Source: Cercozoa sp. M6MM
Taxonomy: Eukaryota; Protista; Endomyxa: Ascetosporea
Strand: one strand, 5' to 3'
DNA: 64,000 nt
Assembly (NCBI GenBank): GCA_040357565.1
Contig: JBDODJ010000061.1
In this document: in pieces, positions 1 to 13,690 of the stretch
How positions within the stretch are numbered: the stretch's first letter is position 1
Layout of the letters: each line of letters starts with the position of its first letter
The notes under the pieces: generated by a model
The model's database searches: none
What the model was told of the DNA's origin: nothing
Seen by the model: only the letters and a program-made list of their open reading frames with translations
Position numbers and translations under genes: made by a program

Positions 1-1422
1 ATGAATATGCTCAATGTGAGCGACACCTTCCGGCGTTCTGTCGATACTGTATTCCTCCTTTGTCCTTTTACCTCCCTTTACCTCTCTTTTCCCTCTACCC
101 TCCACTTGACCCTCCGCTTTACCCTCCACTTGACCCTTTGCTTTACCCTCCGCTTGACCCTCCGATTTACCCTCCACTTTCCCCCTCCCTTGCTGTTTTC
201 CCCTACCGATTTTATATTATGCCCCCGTTTACCCCTACCCCTATCTTCTTGGTCCCCAGGAAGCGGCACGCAGCGGCGACACGTTGTCACACAAGGTGGT
301 CCAGGTGTGCAGCACGATGCGCAACACGCTGGTACGCACGTCGGACGGTCGCATCTGGAGCTGCGGCTGGGGTCCCGGCATGCTCAACGGCGATCGTAAC
401 TTTAATGTTCTTGGGATCTGTTCAGGGTCAGCCCATATGTACTGTGTACGTATGGACACATTGTAGCCGATGTCATGGCACATCAGATTCAGCCTGCACT
501 GGTAGACTGCGTGTTTTTTCTGTGTCCCTCTGGTTTACCCCCCCCCCCCAGATCCGCGCGGTGGGAGGACCCGAGGACCCTGTGGAACAACTCGCCACCG
601 GCACCTATCACGCCGTGGCACGGACACGCGGAGGTACGTCTTGTGGCGTACTCTTAAATAAATAGCTCCCTTAAATATTTCTCCTGTGCGTGGACAGGCA
701 AGGTGTACACTTGGGGTCTCAACTACGCTGCTCAGCTCGGACAGCCACGGTCGCGTGCGCTGCTGTGGTGGCGGGAACGGATTGAGGTGTGCTTTACCCC
801 CTGCCCTCCCCCACCCCCTTCCCCCCCCCCCCCCGGCCATGAGGAAGGAGATGGATCAAAAGTTTGGCGAGGCCGGTCTGAAAGGCCGAGGCAAGAACCT
901 GTACGAACTGGACGAGGTGGGAAAGGCTGTCTCTCTATGCCTTAACCAAAATGCGTGAAACTCTTAAGTGTGCGTAGAGTCAGCGATCGGAAATGTTCTC
1001 GACTCCGCCGGGTGAAGTTCATTTTGCTTTCCCTGGTATCGTCCTTTTATTTTTTTATTTTATTTTCTTTTTGGCTAATGCTATGTCCCGTCGTGCTTCT
1101 CAGATGGCCTGCGTCCTGCCCGTGTTTTCGCCGGCTTCCACAGGTACCTTTGCATAAAACATCGATCATGTTGTGTCCTTGGCATTTTCTGCTCCTGTCA
1201 GGACCGGCATTCTGCTGGATGACAAGCAAACCTTGTACATTTTCGGTGCTCAAAAGGGCCCGTCCGAGGTACATTGTCGCCCGTCTCACTTGAGCCAAGC
1301 TTACTGCTGCCGATATGTAGGTGATCCAACCGTCGCGTCTGCGGCTGCCGGCGCGTGTACTCGACGTCAGCTTTGGTGAAGCTCACGCCCTCGTGCTGAC
1401 GGAGGAAGCACAAGCGGACTAG
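1..1422 (+). CDS. RCC1/BLIP-II repeat protein (multi-exon; 5' end may be outside the window)
   Basis: Spliced exons give RCC1-type motifs: VRTSDGRIWSCGWG, LATGTYHAVARTRG, VYTWGLNYAAQLGQ, LLDDKQTLYIFG and final exon VLDVSFGEAHALVLTEEAQAD-TAG (1420-1422). Confidence 0.8.
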
Positions 1423-1615
1423 GAGTGTCCAACGACCTTCTCGGATTTTATCCGCTAAATAAAACACAATTCCGATAGTACACGCAGTTCGGTAGCTCCT
1501 TCTAGAGCATCAGCCATCAGTCGCTGTAGAATTTTGTTAAGAGTGCGGGCACAACCGTTGTTTTGAATCACGGCGCGCAGCACTGTGGTGTGCCGGTGCG
1601 TGGCAATCTAACAAG

Positions 1616-3229
1616 ATGATGTACGAAGCCAAGCATGCATTGTTATCGGCTCTGACCGAGACTCTGAAGCCACTGCGCGAGACGCAGGTGGGAGCATGTG
1701 TCACTGAGGCCTTCGCTCCATTTCCTCTCGTGGCAGAGACGTACCTCCTCCTTCTCCCGTTGCTACATAACGGCACTGTAGTTCTTCTGTGATGATTGTA
1801 ACGCAGATGGCATGTAACTCTGCTCGGGATCATCGCAGCACAGATCGTGGTACCCCGTCGTGTTGTGAGTGATCAGGACTGGCAACCTTGTCATGTTGTC
1901 TGCCGGTGCAGTACATGATCGCGCGGCGTGCACTGCCGGTGCCACGTGCACTGATGCAGAAGCAGTCGCTGGATGCGCGCACGGCCACTGGCGATGTCGG
2001 CAACGGCGTTGTGGCTGTTCTTCATGTACTGTTGTTCATGTGCCCAAGGTTGTCCTCCTGATGTGGCCTCTCCTAGTTCACCACCATGCTTTGCTTGCGT
2101 GCAGGCCCTTGTAGTGGGTGTCGGTGCTGCTTTGGTCAAGTACTACCCGGCAGAGGAGGTGCGAGCATGGACACCGGCCAATGCTTTTGTGACCGACGCC
2201 GAGTTGCTACCGCTGGTGGCAACGTCACTCGCCTATTTTATTTGTACACGAATTCTGAATGATGTGTTTTTTTTGTAACATACCTATGGTACGCGCAGGG
2301 GACACACTGTGGATGTGCACTCACCGACACGTCGATAACATGCGCGTTTGGGTATGACTTGCAAGTATGCCCCCCCCCCCCCCCCGTGTATCAATGGTAT
2401 GTGCAGATGGCACACCACATCGCCGCACTGATGTGTTTCTCGGCACTGATGGTTCCGTTCGGACACCGACCGTTCGGCGTCGGCGGTCTCATGATGTAGC
2501 ATGAGTTTTCTTCTGTGTGCTTTCACCCTGAGTGATACACCCTGAGTGATACACCCTGATGATACACCCTGAGTTATCTTTGAGCAGGGAACTCTCGGGT
2601 CCCTTTATGAATGGCCTGATCCAACTGGAAAACTACGGCCACGGCGAGGTCCATCCTGGCGCGGGCGTACCTTGTTTCAGTCTCAGTCTCAGTCAACTTG
2701 TTTGCAGTGTCTGTCAGTGTTATGATACGTGTTGTATTCCAGAACGAGCACGTCGAGCCGAGTGCCATGGGCAAGGCCGTCTACCTGTTCACACAGCTGT
2801 GCTTTGTGATCACCTTCATGTACGCGCGCATCTTTGCGTGGTTGCCGCCGCTCTTCACTGGACTGCGTGATGTTGCCCTGCCGTGGCTGCATGTACCCTG
2901 TTTACCTTTACCCTTTCTATTATCTCCCATCCCAACCGTAAATCCAGGCTCTGTTCGTGGAGCACAATCACGAGGTGCTCAAGCACTTGCCCGTGTCTAT
3001 TGGTACGGCGCAGTGGGCCTCACTCGCGCTGTACTTGCCGACACTTTTCTTGACTGCCCTGCAGAGTACCTCCCTCTATACCGACACCTCGTTATTTGAT
3101 ATACTGGGTCGTATGTGGCGTGCTTGGGCAGTCTTCTGGGCCGGCCAGATCGTGATTGCCATTCTTCGTGTGGTCGGTGTGCTACCGTCGCCTGCCAAAC
3201 CTGAGAAGAACGACGATAAGCGCGACTAA
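1616..3229 (+). CDS. TLC-domain (TRAM/LAG1/CLN8, TLCD/TMEM56-like) membrane protein, multi-exon
   Basis: Spliced peptides SLAYFIWDTLWM, MAHHIAALM (HH motif), ELSGPFMN (ExSTPFxN-like), FMYARIF; several TM segments; TAA at 3227-3229. Start codon less certain. Confidence 0.8.
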
Positions 3230-3591
3230 TTTATCTGAGTAGATCGGTGCGCCATTGCCGCATTATTGTTTCCATTTGTCGCGTCACGCGCGATTCTGAA
3301 CCTAGTGCTTGAAAGTACAGTATGTCATCTGGTTATTAGAGGACAGTCGCCCGTTGCGTTGTACTTCAGCTTTGTCCAAAAATACGAAATTTGACTTGGC
3401 GGTTTCTCGTAGCCACAGGTAGCCACGCGATGCTGGAGAAAGTTCCAGAGCTCCGGAGCGAGAGATTCACCATTCTTTTGTCATTTTTGCGTTGACACGA
3501 GTTCAGAGACACACGTCCGACCCTCAGCTAGCAACAACCTTCGTTTGTGCCCAATCGAGTCAAATTTGTGACCACCCGGAACAGCCACAAC

Positions 3592-4506
<915 letters not shown>

Positions 4507-4802
4507 ACTGACCGCAGCCCAGATAGCACCCTCGCTTTAAGGAAATACTAACTAAAAGAGCAATCAGAGTCATCCCGGTGAGAAGAATGTCACTGTTAGC
4601 ATCGGTCATTCTACTCGACTCGGCTGACTACTTGCTCCATGTCCGTCAAGCCAAAACAAGGTGGTAACTTAACAACTGAGTTTTGCCAAGCTTCTTGTGT
4701 TTGTAGCCCTCTTTCCTGATATCAGGTACCTCAAAAGATATTGAGCTTGTTGACACCAATAGTGACTGACATACTCATCTTGAGCAGCAAGAGGGTTTTG
4801 TA

Positions 4803-5018
4803 GGGTATGGCGGGGTTTCAAGGCAAAATTAGAATCAAATCGAGAGGCTAAGGGGGTCGGGGGTATAAGGGGGTAAGGGGGTAGTGGGGGTAGGGGTTAG
4901 TGGTTAGGGGTTAGGGAGCAAAGGGTTAAAGAGGAAAGACGGGTAAGGCGGGTTCAGGGGTTAAGCGGGTAGATATTTTGGGGGGTTCGGTCTTGCCTCG
5001 AAAAACCCCGCCATACCC
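4803..5018. mobile_element. MITE-like non-autonomous DNA transposon (216 bp) with G-rich telomere-like interior
   Basis: Perfect 16-bp terminal inverted repeat GGGTATGGCGGGGTTT (4803-4818) / AAACCCCGCCATACCC (5003-5018), extending imperfectly to ~25 bp. Flanks GGTTTTGTA (4794-4802) and GGTTTGTA (5019-5026) resemble an 8-9 bp TSD with one indel. No ORF. Confidence 0.75.
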
Positions 5019-5273
5019 GGTTTGTATGTTGAGTTCTTCGATCATACCCCTTTGCCTACTCAGCATAACGACGGCCGACCTTGCGTTGGGGAACTCCTTC
5101 CTTCCGATATCTTTCAGTTTACTTATTGAGACGTCGAACGAACACTAATTTAAACAACCTTACATTCTTACTTTTCTTTAGTCGTTGTTCACTAAGATTT
5201 GCATTTGGCAATCGAATCTCGCAACAGAATTATTCATTACAACACGTACTGCACCGCACCCACCGTGGCACGA

Positions 5274-5775
5274 CTACTGCAGATGACGAAGTAAGGCACG
5301 GCGAAGCATCGCGCTAATGCCAGTCAGTTCCGTAACGTCGTGGTATGGGCGCTAAAACACAACAACAGCGAATGGTGTCAATACGAGGCATTGATAATAC
5401 ACAACGGTACCCACATAGTGTCCGACTTGTCTATGCACAAAAGCACTCACATAACGTCCACATACACATGACAAGGTGAAAGTACTGTAGGGAACTGTAC
5501 TTTGAGTTGCGAGAAAATGCAGTGCTAGAGTTATAAGACCGCCAAAATCGACGCTGAGTAGCCACTCCAGCAGCTCACCGACCACATCCACATTGGCTGC
5601 ATAAAGTGGCGACGCCGGCGACGTCATCCACTGCGCGATCTCCGAAGCAACTCCATCAATCTACCAATACCAAAGTGAACACACTTACACACTTACACAC
5701 TTACACACTTACATTTACACACTTACGCACTTACACTTGCACTTACACTTACACTTACACTTAGACACACACATA

Positions 5776-5840
<65 letters not shown>

Positions 5841-8634
5841 ACGATACAATCACACAAACATGCAGGTAGGCAAGCAGGCAGACAAAAAAAAACTCACCTG
5901 CCGTTCAAAGAGCTGCTGCGCTGTCCACTCTTGGCCGTCTCGTGCGATAACACATAGAACCGCGGTGCCCCGGAGTGAGTCGAGCGCAGCTTCTTCGCAG
6001 GTGTATCGAACCAAGTAGACGTGCCCCGGACTGCAGCCTCTGGCGACCGCCTGGCGACATGCGGTGTACTGTCGTGACCGCGACCTAAACACAGTCTCAA
6101 CAATCGCACAAGAAATCATTTTATAAACCCAGAACGTGAAAACACAACTTACAGCGCGATCAGTAATGACTTGAAGTACAAATGGTCATTGTTGTAGACT
6201 GAAGTTGGCATAACTGACGCGTCCACCAGGCTCTCCTGCGCACAAAGACAGTCACCCAACAACACTCAAGGGTCCAAACGTTGAGCCATGGCGGTACCGT
6301 GAATGTCGTCCACCTGCGGTAGCTTGTAAGCTTGACGACCGCAAACGGCGGCCTCATTTCGGCAGCGAGACGCCTTTAATAGGAAATTCACGGACACTTC
6401 GGAGTGAATCAATGTAAATACACGGAAGAAAGGCACCTGGCAATTCGAATTTCCGTGTGTGCATGCACATGGAACCTCATTTTTCGCAAGGACCCGGACT
6501 CGCGCAGCCAGCAGCTGTGACAATGCCGGTCAGCTGGGTGTCCGTTCGGTGACCGACCCTGTCGTAGCAGCCAAAAACGTCGGTGGTGTCGCAGCACGTC
6601 GAGAGCCGCCTGTGTACAAATTTACCCAGTACCAACGCAACGGTACTACTCGAGAAGTCTCGAATACCATCGAAAGCACCGAAACTGTATCAACGTGGCG
6701 ACCAACAGCTACAGCATTGGCCATTTTAAAGAGCACAAATTAAGGACAAGATGGTGCCAGGTACTCTGAGAGAGTGCAGGGCTTCTCTCACGCCGCAGCT
6801 CCTGCAACATTCGTCGCACGGACTCCCAGTCGCGCAGTGAAGGCGCCAATGGCAGTGCGCACAACAGTTTGTTCACTGTTTCCACGAAGGTGTTCTCGGA
6901 TACTTGCAACTACGGCACACTTATACACAGCCACACACACACACACACACACACACAAGCAAAAGGCTAAACAAAGGTACGTTGTAAAGCCCTAATCGAC
7001 CCGTGGTCGATCCCTACAGGAAACAAAGCCACACACATACACACACATACACACGTGTAAATACACACACACACACACGCACACGCAAGCACACATCAGC
7101 TACCTGAATTGACATCACCGCGTGAGTACGACGCAAGGAATAGTCAGCGATCTCCCGCAGCAACTGGCGATACACTGCGCCGCTGTGACGATTGCTGCGC
7201 GTGTGCGTGAATATGCAGAGAAGATAGGACACACACTAACAATACAGAAAGGTGGATACACGAGGCGCGACACATGAGGCGACACCACCGCTTCGTACAG
7301 ACGATCCCGCTCGTCTAACTCGGCTTGTGTGCATAGGTCCAGATGTCTTCGAAATGCAGTGCACTTACGTACAGACACACGTACACAGACTCATGCATGT
7401 ATATAAAGACTCGAGAGTGCCAACACACCAAGTTGCACTCCTCGAGGAGCATACGCGCATACTCGCGATAGGTTGTTTCGCAGGCTGCTTTGTCGTGCAG
7501 GTAAATATTGAATTGCCATTTGTAGTGCTGGGACACATCAACAACGTAAATCAACAGAGACTGGGATAGAGACCACAGGAAAACACCAGAAGCGTGTACC
7601 GCAAGGCTTTGCAGACTCAGCGTGTGCAACTCCTCCAACTGCGCCTCAACCATCGCGTGTTGCACTCGTCTCTATTGATCAACACAATTCGCAAAGTAGA
7701 AAACAAATTAAAAGACACGTCAATACCTGATTTAAGACGATTTTGTTGTGCTTTAGCTCTCGCATGACTGAAGCGTACCAATGACACGATGTCATAGGCG
7801 ACAGCAAGCGATAAGTGCGCTTCAGCGGCTCTAATCGCAACGATTTTTGCAAAGTAGCGGTATCCGTGACGCCTGCGCGCAGCTGTGCCACCAGCAGTCG
7901 CAGGTGTCTGCTTTCTGCAACCTAAAGAGACAGGCTATCAACAAAGAAAGAATGGACATCAAGCAAATAAAATACCCACACGTCGGCGTCGTCGCACAGC
8001 TGCGACACATCCAGTGCGCGCAGTATCTGAACCAGCCGCTCGCAATGTTCGACAGTGAAGGGTGTCCTTGGATGAATAACGGTTCCACACTGACCGCTCC
8101 TTATTCATGGCTAGAAGGTTCGATACCTTTTACAAACCGTGCCTTTTGTAATAATGCGCACATGTAGACGAGGGATGCGCAGCACCCTACAAGTTGCAGA
8201 TCAAATAGCATCGTAAATTAAGAACAGAGGGTGAAGATTACCGCGCAGTGAGTGATTCTAGCATCGTGTAGACGTGGAGTTGGTCCAGCAGAGAGGTCGC
8301 ATCGGTCAGAAGTCGGTCTATGACGACAATCAACAGTTTCTGCAGTGCAGCATATGTTTCTTGTTTGACTGCACACGTCGTGTCTGCTGGGTCCTTCAGC
8401 GTACGTAGAAACCTCTTCGGTAGGCAACGGTTCGAGGAAGACCGCCAGAAACTTAGGCGCGCAGACAGTTGCGGTAGCAGGCGGGTACACAACGTCGAGG
8501 TTTTGGACCTGTTGGACAAAAAAATCCACCAAGGGAGGCAAAAATGGATGCAACAAGCGAGCTCACAGTTCTCCCTTCAAGAAGCCGACTGGCGTTGTGC
8601 CGATCTCTTTCCACAACGCACGAAAGTCATCCAT
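5274..8634 (-). CDS. Hypothetical multi-exon protein (predicted alpha-helical, no recognised domain)
   Basis: ATG 8634 (MDDFRALWKEIGTTPVGFLKGE|GTGAGC), chain of open exons with GT-AG introns, last exon RPYHDVTELTGISAMLRRALLRHLQ-TAG at 5274-5276. Confidence 0.6.
5678..5838. repeat. Intronic (ACACTT)n hexamer tract grading into (CA)n microsatellite
   Basis: Directly visible tandem repeats inside an intron of the minus-strand gene. Confidence 0.95.
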
Positions 8635-8856
8635 TTTCTCGTGTACACTTACTTAAAGGACATCCCATCAATGGGAATCCTTCCATATGGAGTACTGTAT
8701 CGATAGCCGTCGGGTAAAAATAGTGAGCCGATACATTGTCGCTCTTCACTGACCATTGACGGTTTTATTGAGTGGATCGATCCTCAGAATACAAGACGGG
8801 AAAGCACTGTCAGATGAAGTCCAGTCCGCTGGAACGGACTCAAATTAACTCAAAAA

Positions 8857-11422
8857 ATGGTGTCCGCACACCGTAAGCGCCTGCTTGCGCGCGTAGGTTT
8901 TATTTCGTTTTTTGTGTTCTTTGCGTTGCGCAACGGACGCGACGCGTTGAGCGCCTTCTGGGACATGGGCGCCGCGTTGAAGCGTAGATTGTGTTCTTGA
9001 CTTTCAGAGTGCGATCTTGGGAATCTCTAGTTGTTCTCTGTGTTTTGTGTAGACAAGTTCGACATTGTGTTTGGCGCCGCCGTGTTTGGACAGGCGCCTC
9101 AGTACCTCGATCTGGAGATGCACACGGAAGCCCTATCGAAGGTGGTGGTGTCACCACCAGTGGCACAGCTGCCGTTTCTTGGCGTCAGTGACGGCAAAAA
9201 CAACAATAACAGGAGAAACAACAAGAGGAGTAACGTTGATGACGGTGGCGACTCGTTGCAGCTTCACGCTCTGAGTACCGATCAGGCCAAGTTCTTGTTG
9301 AATAGGTAGCTTTACCCCCCCCCACCCTTATCACTTACCTCCTTTACTCTCTAACTATTACCCTTTTTATCGTCTTTACTTCCCCTTACCCCTCGTAGCG
9401 AAGGCGGCGTGCTGCCGCGTGGCGTGAGTTTCGTCTCGCTGATTGGCGGTTTCCTCAAGCGGCAGATCTTCTGGCAGGGCGCCTCGGCCGACGCACAGCT
9501 GCTGCGACGCTTCGTGCGCGAGGTCAGCGAGGTGTCTTACCCCTGTTTACACCTCCTCCTACATACCCCCATTTTAACCCCCATTTTACCCCATTTTTTT
9601 CCCCTGTTATACCCCTATTTTACCTTTATTTAACCCTTCTTTATCGCTCTATTATGCCCCTATTTACCCCCTATTTACACCTCCTATTCAACTTTCTATT
9701 ACTTCCCAATTTGCCACCCGTATACCCTGTATTAACCCCCTTACATCACTATTACTCCCTATTTACCATCCCCCATCTACCCCTTCCCCATATCCCCCAT
9801 AAGGTGGCGTCGGGCAGCAGGAGTGCGACGGAGGAGTTGTCGGAGGTGCGCAAGGCGGCATCACTCGCGGCCGACGAGAGCGGCAACTCGGCGAGCGTTG
9901 TGCTTGACACGTTTCCTTCCAGCGACAGTCGGATACTCCAGGTACGAGTGGTTTGGACGGACTGTTTGGACAGTGGTTTGGACGGGGGATGAACGGGTGG
10001 GTTGGACTGGTTAAGGGTGCGTTGAAACACAGATGGTGCAGAGTGTGAGCGACGGACGTCTCGATCTGCGCGTGTTCGAGGTCGAACTGCGGTCGCAGTG
10101 GAATCTCTTCAACGTTGGCGTGCTCATCACGGCGCACCTCGCGTTTCCCGAGTGGTGCGTGTGTCTTACCTCCTTTACCTCCCTTTTACTCCTCTTTACA
10201 CTCTCCATTTCCCCCCATTTTACCCTTCCCCCCATTTTACCCCTTTTTGCTCCTCTTTACATCCTTGACCTTCGCTTATTTATTACGTTTATTACCTTTA
10301 ACCCCCTCAGGCTAGCGACGTTGTTGGAGTGGACGCTGCCGCACTCGACGGTTTCTGTGGCCACTCCAGTGGAGTCGCGACGGTGTCGATCACTCACTCA
10401 GTGTAAGTGTGTGTACGTGTGTGTGTGTGTGTGTGTGTGGTGCCACGTGCCACGACTGGACTGGACGCATGTGTCTGTGTGTGTGACGGTGACAGGGATC
10501 AGTGAGCACGTGCTGGTGCCGACAGAGGGCGACGGTGTGTACCACTACCTGGACACGTCGGCATCTAGCGTCGAGTGGGCACGTGCCACCTTGATACCGC
10601 GCACGTGCCACGTGCTGCTGCACTCGCCGGCGACGGAGCTGACGCACGTGACACCGTCGTGGTCACTCGACGTCAGTGGCAATCTGTGTGCGCACGTGCC
10701 ACACCGACACAGTGACTCAGACGGTGACACTGATGGTGACTCAGACGGTGACTCGGACGGTGGTGTCACGTGGCAACGCGACCGACGGCACTGCGTGACG
10801 GTGCAACAGGTGCCAGTGACTGCGCAGTCGCGCACGTGGCTGCCACTGGGCGTGCAGCACGTGGCCCCTGTCGGCACTGACGGCGTGCTGACGATGTCGC
10901 ACGTGCGCGCACGTGGCCCGTCCTCCGAGTCGCGTGCATGGCTGCGTGTGTACTCGCGAAACGCTTTGCACACCTCGTTGATGTCGCCGCCGTACTTTAC
11001 CCCCTTTGACCCTCTCTTACCCACACCTTACCCCCCCCCCCCCGGTGATGTGATGGAGCAGACTGCACGGTCCGCCCAGTGTGCACGTGGGTGACGGTGC
11101 CGTCGGCGTCAGTCTGTCGTCCACGTGCGTCTTGGTGGATGCCAGTGGGCATGTGCGCCGCATCCCTGTGGGTGCGTTTTCCTTGACCCCTACCCCTTTT
11201 TCCCCTACCCTTTACCTCTTTTTATTCCCCTTTTATCTCCCTGTTTTCTTCCCTTTGTTTACCTCCCTGTTTACCCCCCCCCCCCCCTGTTTGCCTCCTG
11301 TTTACCCCCTATACCCCCGTATAGCGGAGATGCTGAGCGAGCACTTGAATGCGACGGTGATGCGACACGTGCGACACTGCATTCCGAGTCAAACTGGTAC
11401 CTTCTGTGTGCCTGTGTGTGCT

Positions 11423-11456
<34 letters not shown>

Positions 11457-12233
11457 CGGGATGATACTGCAGACGACACACTGATCGTGGTACTGGAGGA
11501 CGGTTACTTGGTCCAGATGGACGGCGCGTCGGACAGCGTGCGGCGACTGTACCGACTGCCGTCGGAGTGGCAGCACCGCTCGGTGCGACAGGCGCAGCTG
11601 CGGCACTCGTCGCTGCTGCTGCTGTCGCACGACACCTCCAGTATCGTCGTTGATATCGCCACCGATGATACCACTGACACTGATACCACTGACACTGATA
11701 CCACTGACACTGATACCACTGGCACTGACGGTGACGCTGACACTGATACCACTGACACTGATACCGCTGACACTGATACCGCTGACACTGATACCGCTGG
11801 CACTGACAATGACACTGACAATGACACTGACGGTGACACGGCGGACAACGTCAGTTGGTCCGAGTGGTTCTCCCTGTCGATTGACACCTCGCTGAAACTG
11901 ACCTTTCTGACACTTGCTGTGGCCGTCTTGCTGCACCGCGTACTGCCTGTCCTTCCTTCCCTCCTTCCTTGCACACATACACACACATGCACACACCTGT
12001 GCTTGTGCAGAGCTGTACAAGGCGGCGTCAGAGACAAGAACGCGTCCAGCAGCAGGTACCCATTCCGTACTGTATCTGCATGTGTGTGTGTGTGCATGTG
12101 TGTGTGGGTGTGTGTGTCTGTGTGTGTGTGTGTTGTTGTGTTGTGTCTGTGTGTGAAGCTCCTCGAACAAAGGCTCGCCCAAAGACGACGCCTGCGCCAA
12201 CGTCGACGTCTGGCACTCGATCGCGAGGGATAG
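8857..12233 (+). CDS. Hypothetical membrane-anchored protein with Asp/Thr-rich repeat stalk, C-terminal TM helix and basic tail
   Basis: GC-rich exons separated by C-rich GT-AG introns. Last exons encode (DTDTT)n, TM LTFLTLAVAVLLH, then SCTRRRQRQERVQQQ-LLEQRLAQRRRLRQRRRLALDREG-TAG (12231-12233). Start uncertain. Confidence 0.65.
11665..11840 (+). repeat. Coding 15-nt tandem repeat GATACC(A/G)CTGACACT encoding (DTDT[T/A])n
   Basis: About nine 15-nt units followed by 12-nt variants, in frame in the 8857-12233 gene. Confidence 0.9.
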
Positions 12234-12431
12234 CTAGCTATAGTCTCCTAAATCTGACTCGAAATAGACTCGACTGAGATCACGTGAGAGAGGCATTGGG
12301 GAATTCTACTGCTGCCCCGACGCGAGAACAAGGGCTGCGTATTTTCGGCGTACTTACGCTGAAAGACGACTCCTCCGAATCGGCAATTATGCATGAATTA
12401 CGCCAAGAATACGCCTCAATTGTGTCGAGAT

Positions 12432-13109
12432 TACGCATGAATCACGTCAATGATACGCCTGCACGTGTGTCTGAGTTTTTTATTCTAGGCTCGAATGATA
12501 CAACAGCACGGTGCGCCGACTCGAGAAAGCGCGTTTGCAACTTGGCACAAGTTTGACGGGGAGACCGAGTGGTCGCAGCGCCTGTCGAATCTCCGCAGCT
12601 TACGGCAGACGTGCCTGCTTTGAGTCTAAGCGCAAAGCAGACTCAGAGCAACCGATTCAAAATATCTCAACTCAAAGCAACTCAACTCAAAGCAACTCAA
12701 CTTGCAACTCAACTCAAAGCAAGTCAAATCCAACCAAAGCAACTCAACTCAAAAAGAAAAACGAACAATCAAAAGCGACAGGAATGGTGATGCAAATCGC
12801 TCTGTGATTCCACCGTCTGCTTTCAGGGGGGGGGGGGGGGTAAAGGGTAGGGTAAACAGGGGTAACGCGGGATAAACAGGGGTAAAACGCACTTGCGACA
12901 CGCGGGACAGCGTAGCCGCGTCGGCGTAACCCGCGTTAAACAGCGTCTGTAGCCCCACTGCCTATTTGTTGTTTTTCTTGTTGTTTTCTCCGTATTTTCT
13001 AGTGCTTTCCCAGTCATGCCAAAATACAAAGAAAAGGCCTTACCGAGCGACCAATCACGGCACTGCCGACAACGGCGTCCTGCGCCAGCTTTGAACACAC
13101 GTGCGCCCT
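12432..13109 (-). CDS. Probable small multi-exon hypothetical gene (start not found)
   Basis: Exon-like segments AHVCSKLAQDAVVGSAVIGRS / AVGLQTLFNAGYADAATLSRVSQ / AEIRQALRPLGLPVKLVPSCK / RIIDVIHA-TAA, separated by C-rich and GAGTT-repeat introns. Confidence 0.35.
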
Positions 13110-13188
13110 GGCGATAAAGGGAAGGTAACCAAAACTGAAGCTGGAATTTCAAACTGGAGACTCGTACTTGTAGCGCGGACTTCGGTGT

Positions 13189-13317
13189 CTGGGGAATGTC
13201 AAAAGTTGTATGGTCCTACCCTAAGCGGGCGGTAGACACGGCCTTGCTCTTGTGACCTATCCAGACTGGCGCAGGGTAACTACATAGTTGGTTTCCTAGA
13301 AGACTCAACTAACATAC
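13189..13317 (-). ncRNA. Candidate structured ncRNA / mobile intron, copy A (H/ACA snoRNA-like)
   Basis: About 77% identical over ~90 nt to 41057-41145 (manual alignment). Minus strand: GTATGT start, hairpin, AGAGCA (ANANNA), hairpin, ACA, TTCCCCAG end. Bracketed by 14-bp direct repeat AAACTGGAGACTCG (13151-13164, 13319-13332). Confidence 0.5.
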
Positions 13318-13343
13318 TAAACTGGAGACTCGATATGCTATAA

Positions 13344-13654
13344 TTAGTAGCGCTCAACAGCAGCACGTTCAGCCAGCAGACGGCGTTCGGCAGCGTCGGG
13401 AGCGTTGGCGATGCGTGCTATCAGGGCACTTGTGGACAGCACGGCTTGTTTCAGGCGCTGCCACACATTCTTTTTTGCAGGAAAATGAAATGCACGATGC
13501 GAACAAGTAAAGTACCAGAGTGTACTCGACATGAGAAAAGTGACTGCTCCGATTCGAGTTGTACAGTCGCACCAGCGTGCGACATAGCAGCGGCGACAGG
13601 TCAAAGTGCCGTTGTAGTGCCTCTACTCGTCATAACAAGCATCACAAAACACAC

Positions 13655-13690
<36 letters not shown>

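Noticed and set aside
13266-13280. tRNA A-box-like TGGCGCAG
   Set aside because: No B-box or cloverleaf; no tRNA or rRNA gene recognised in the window.
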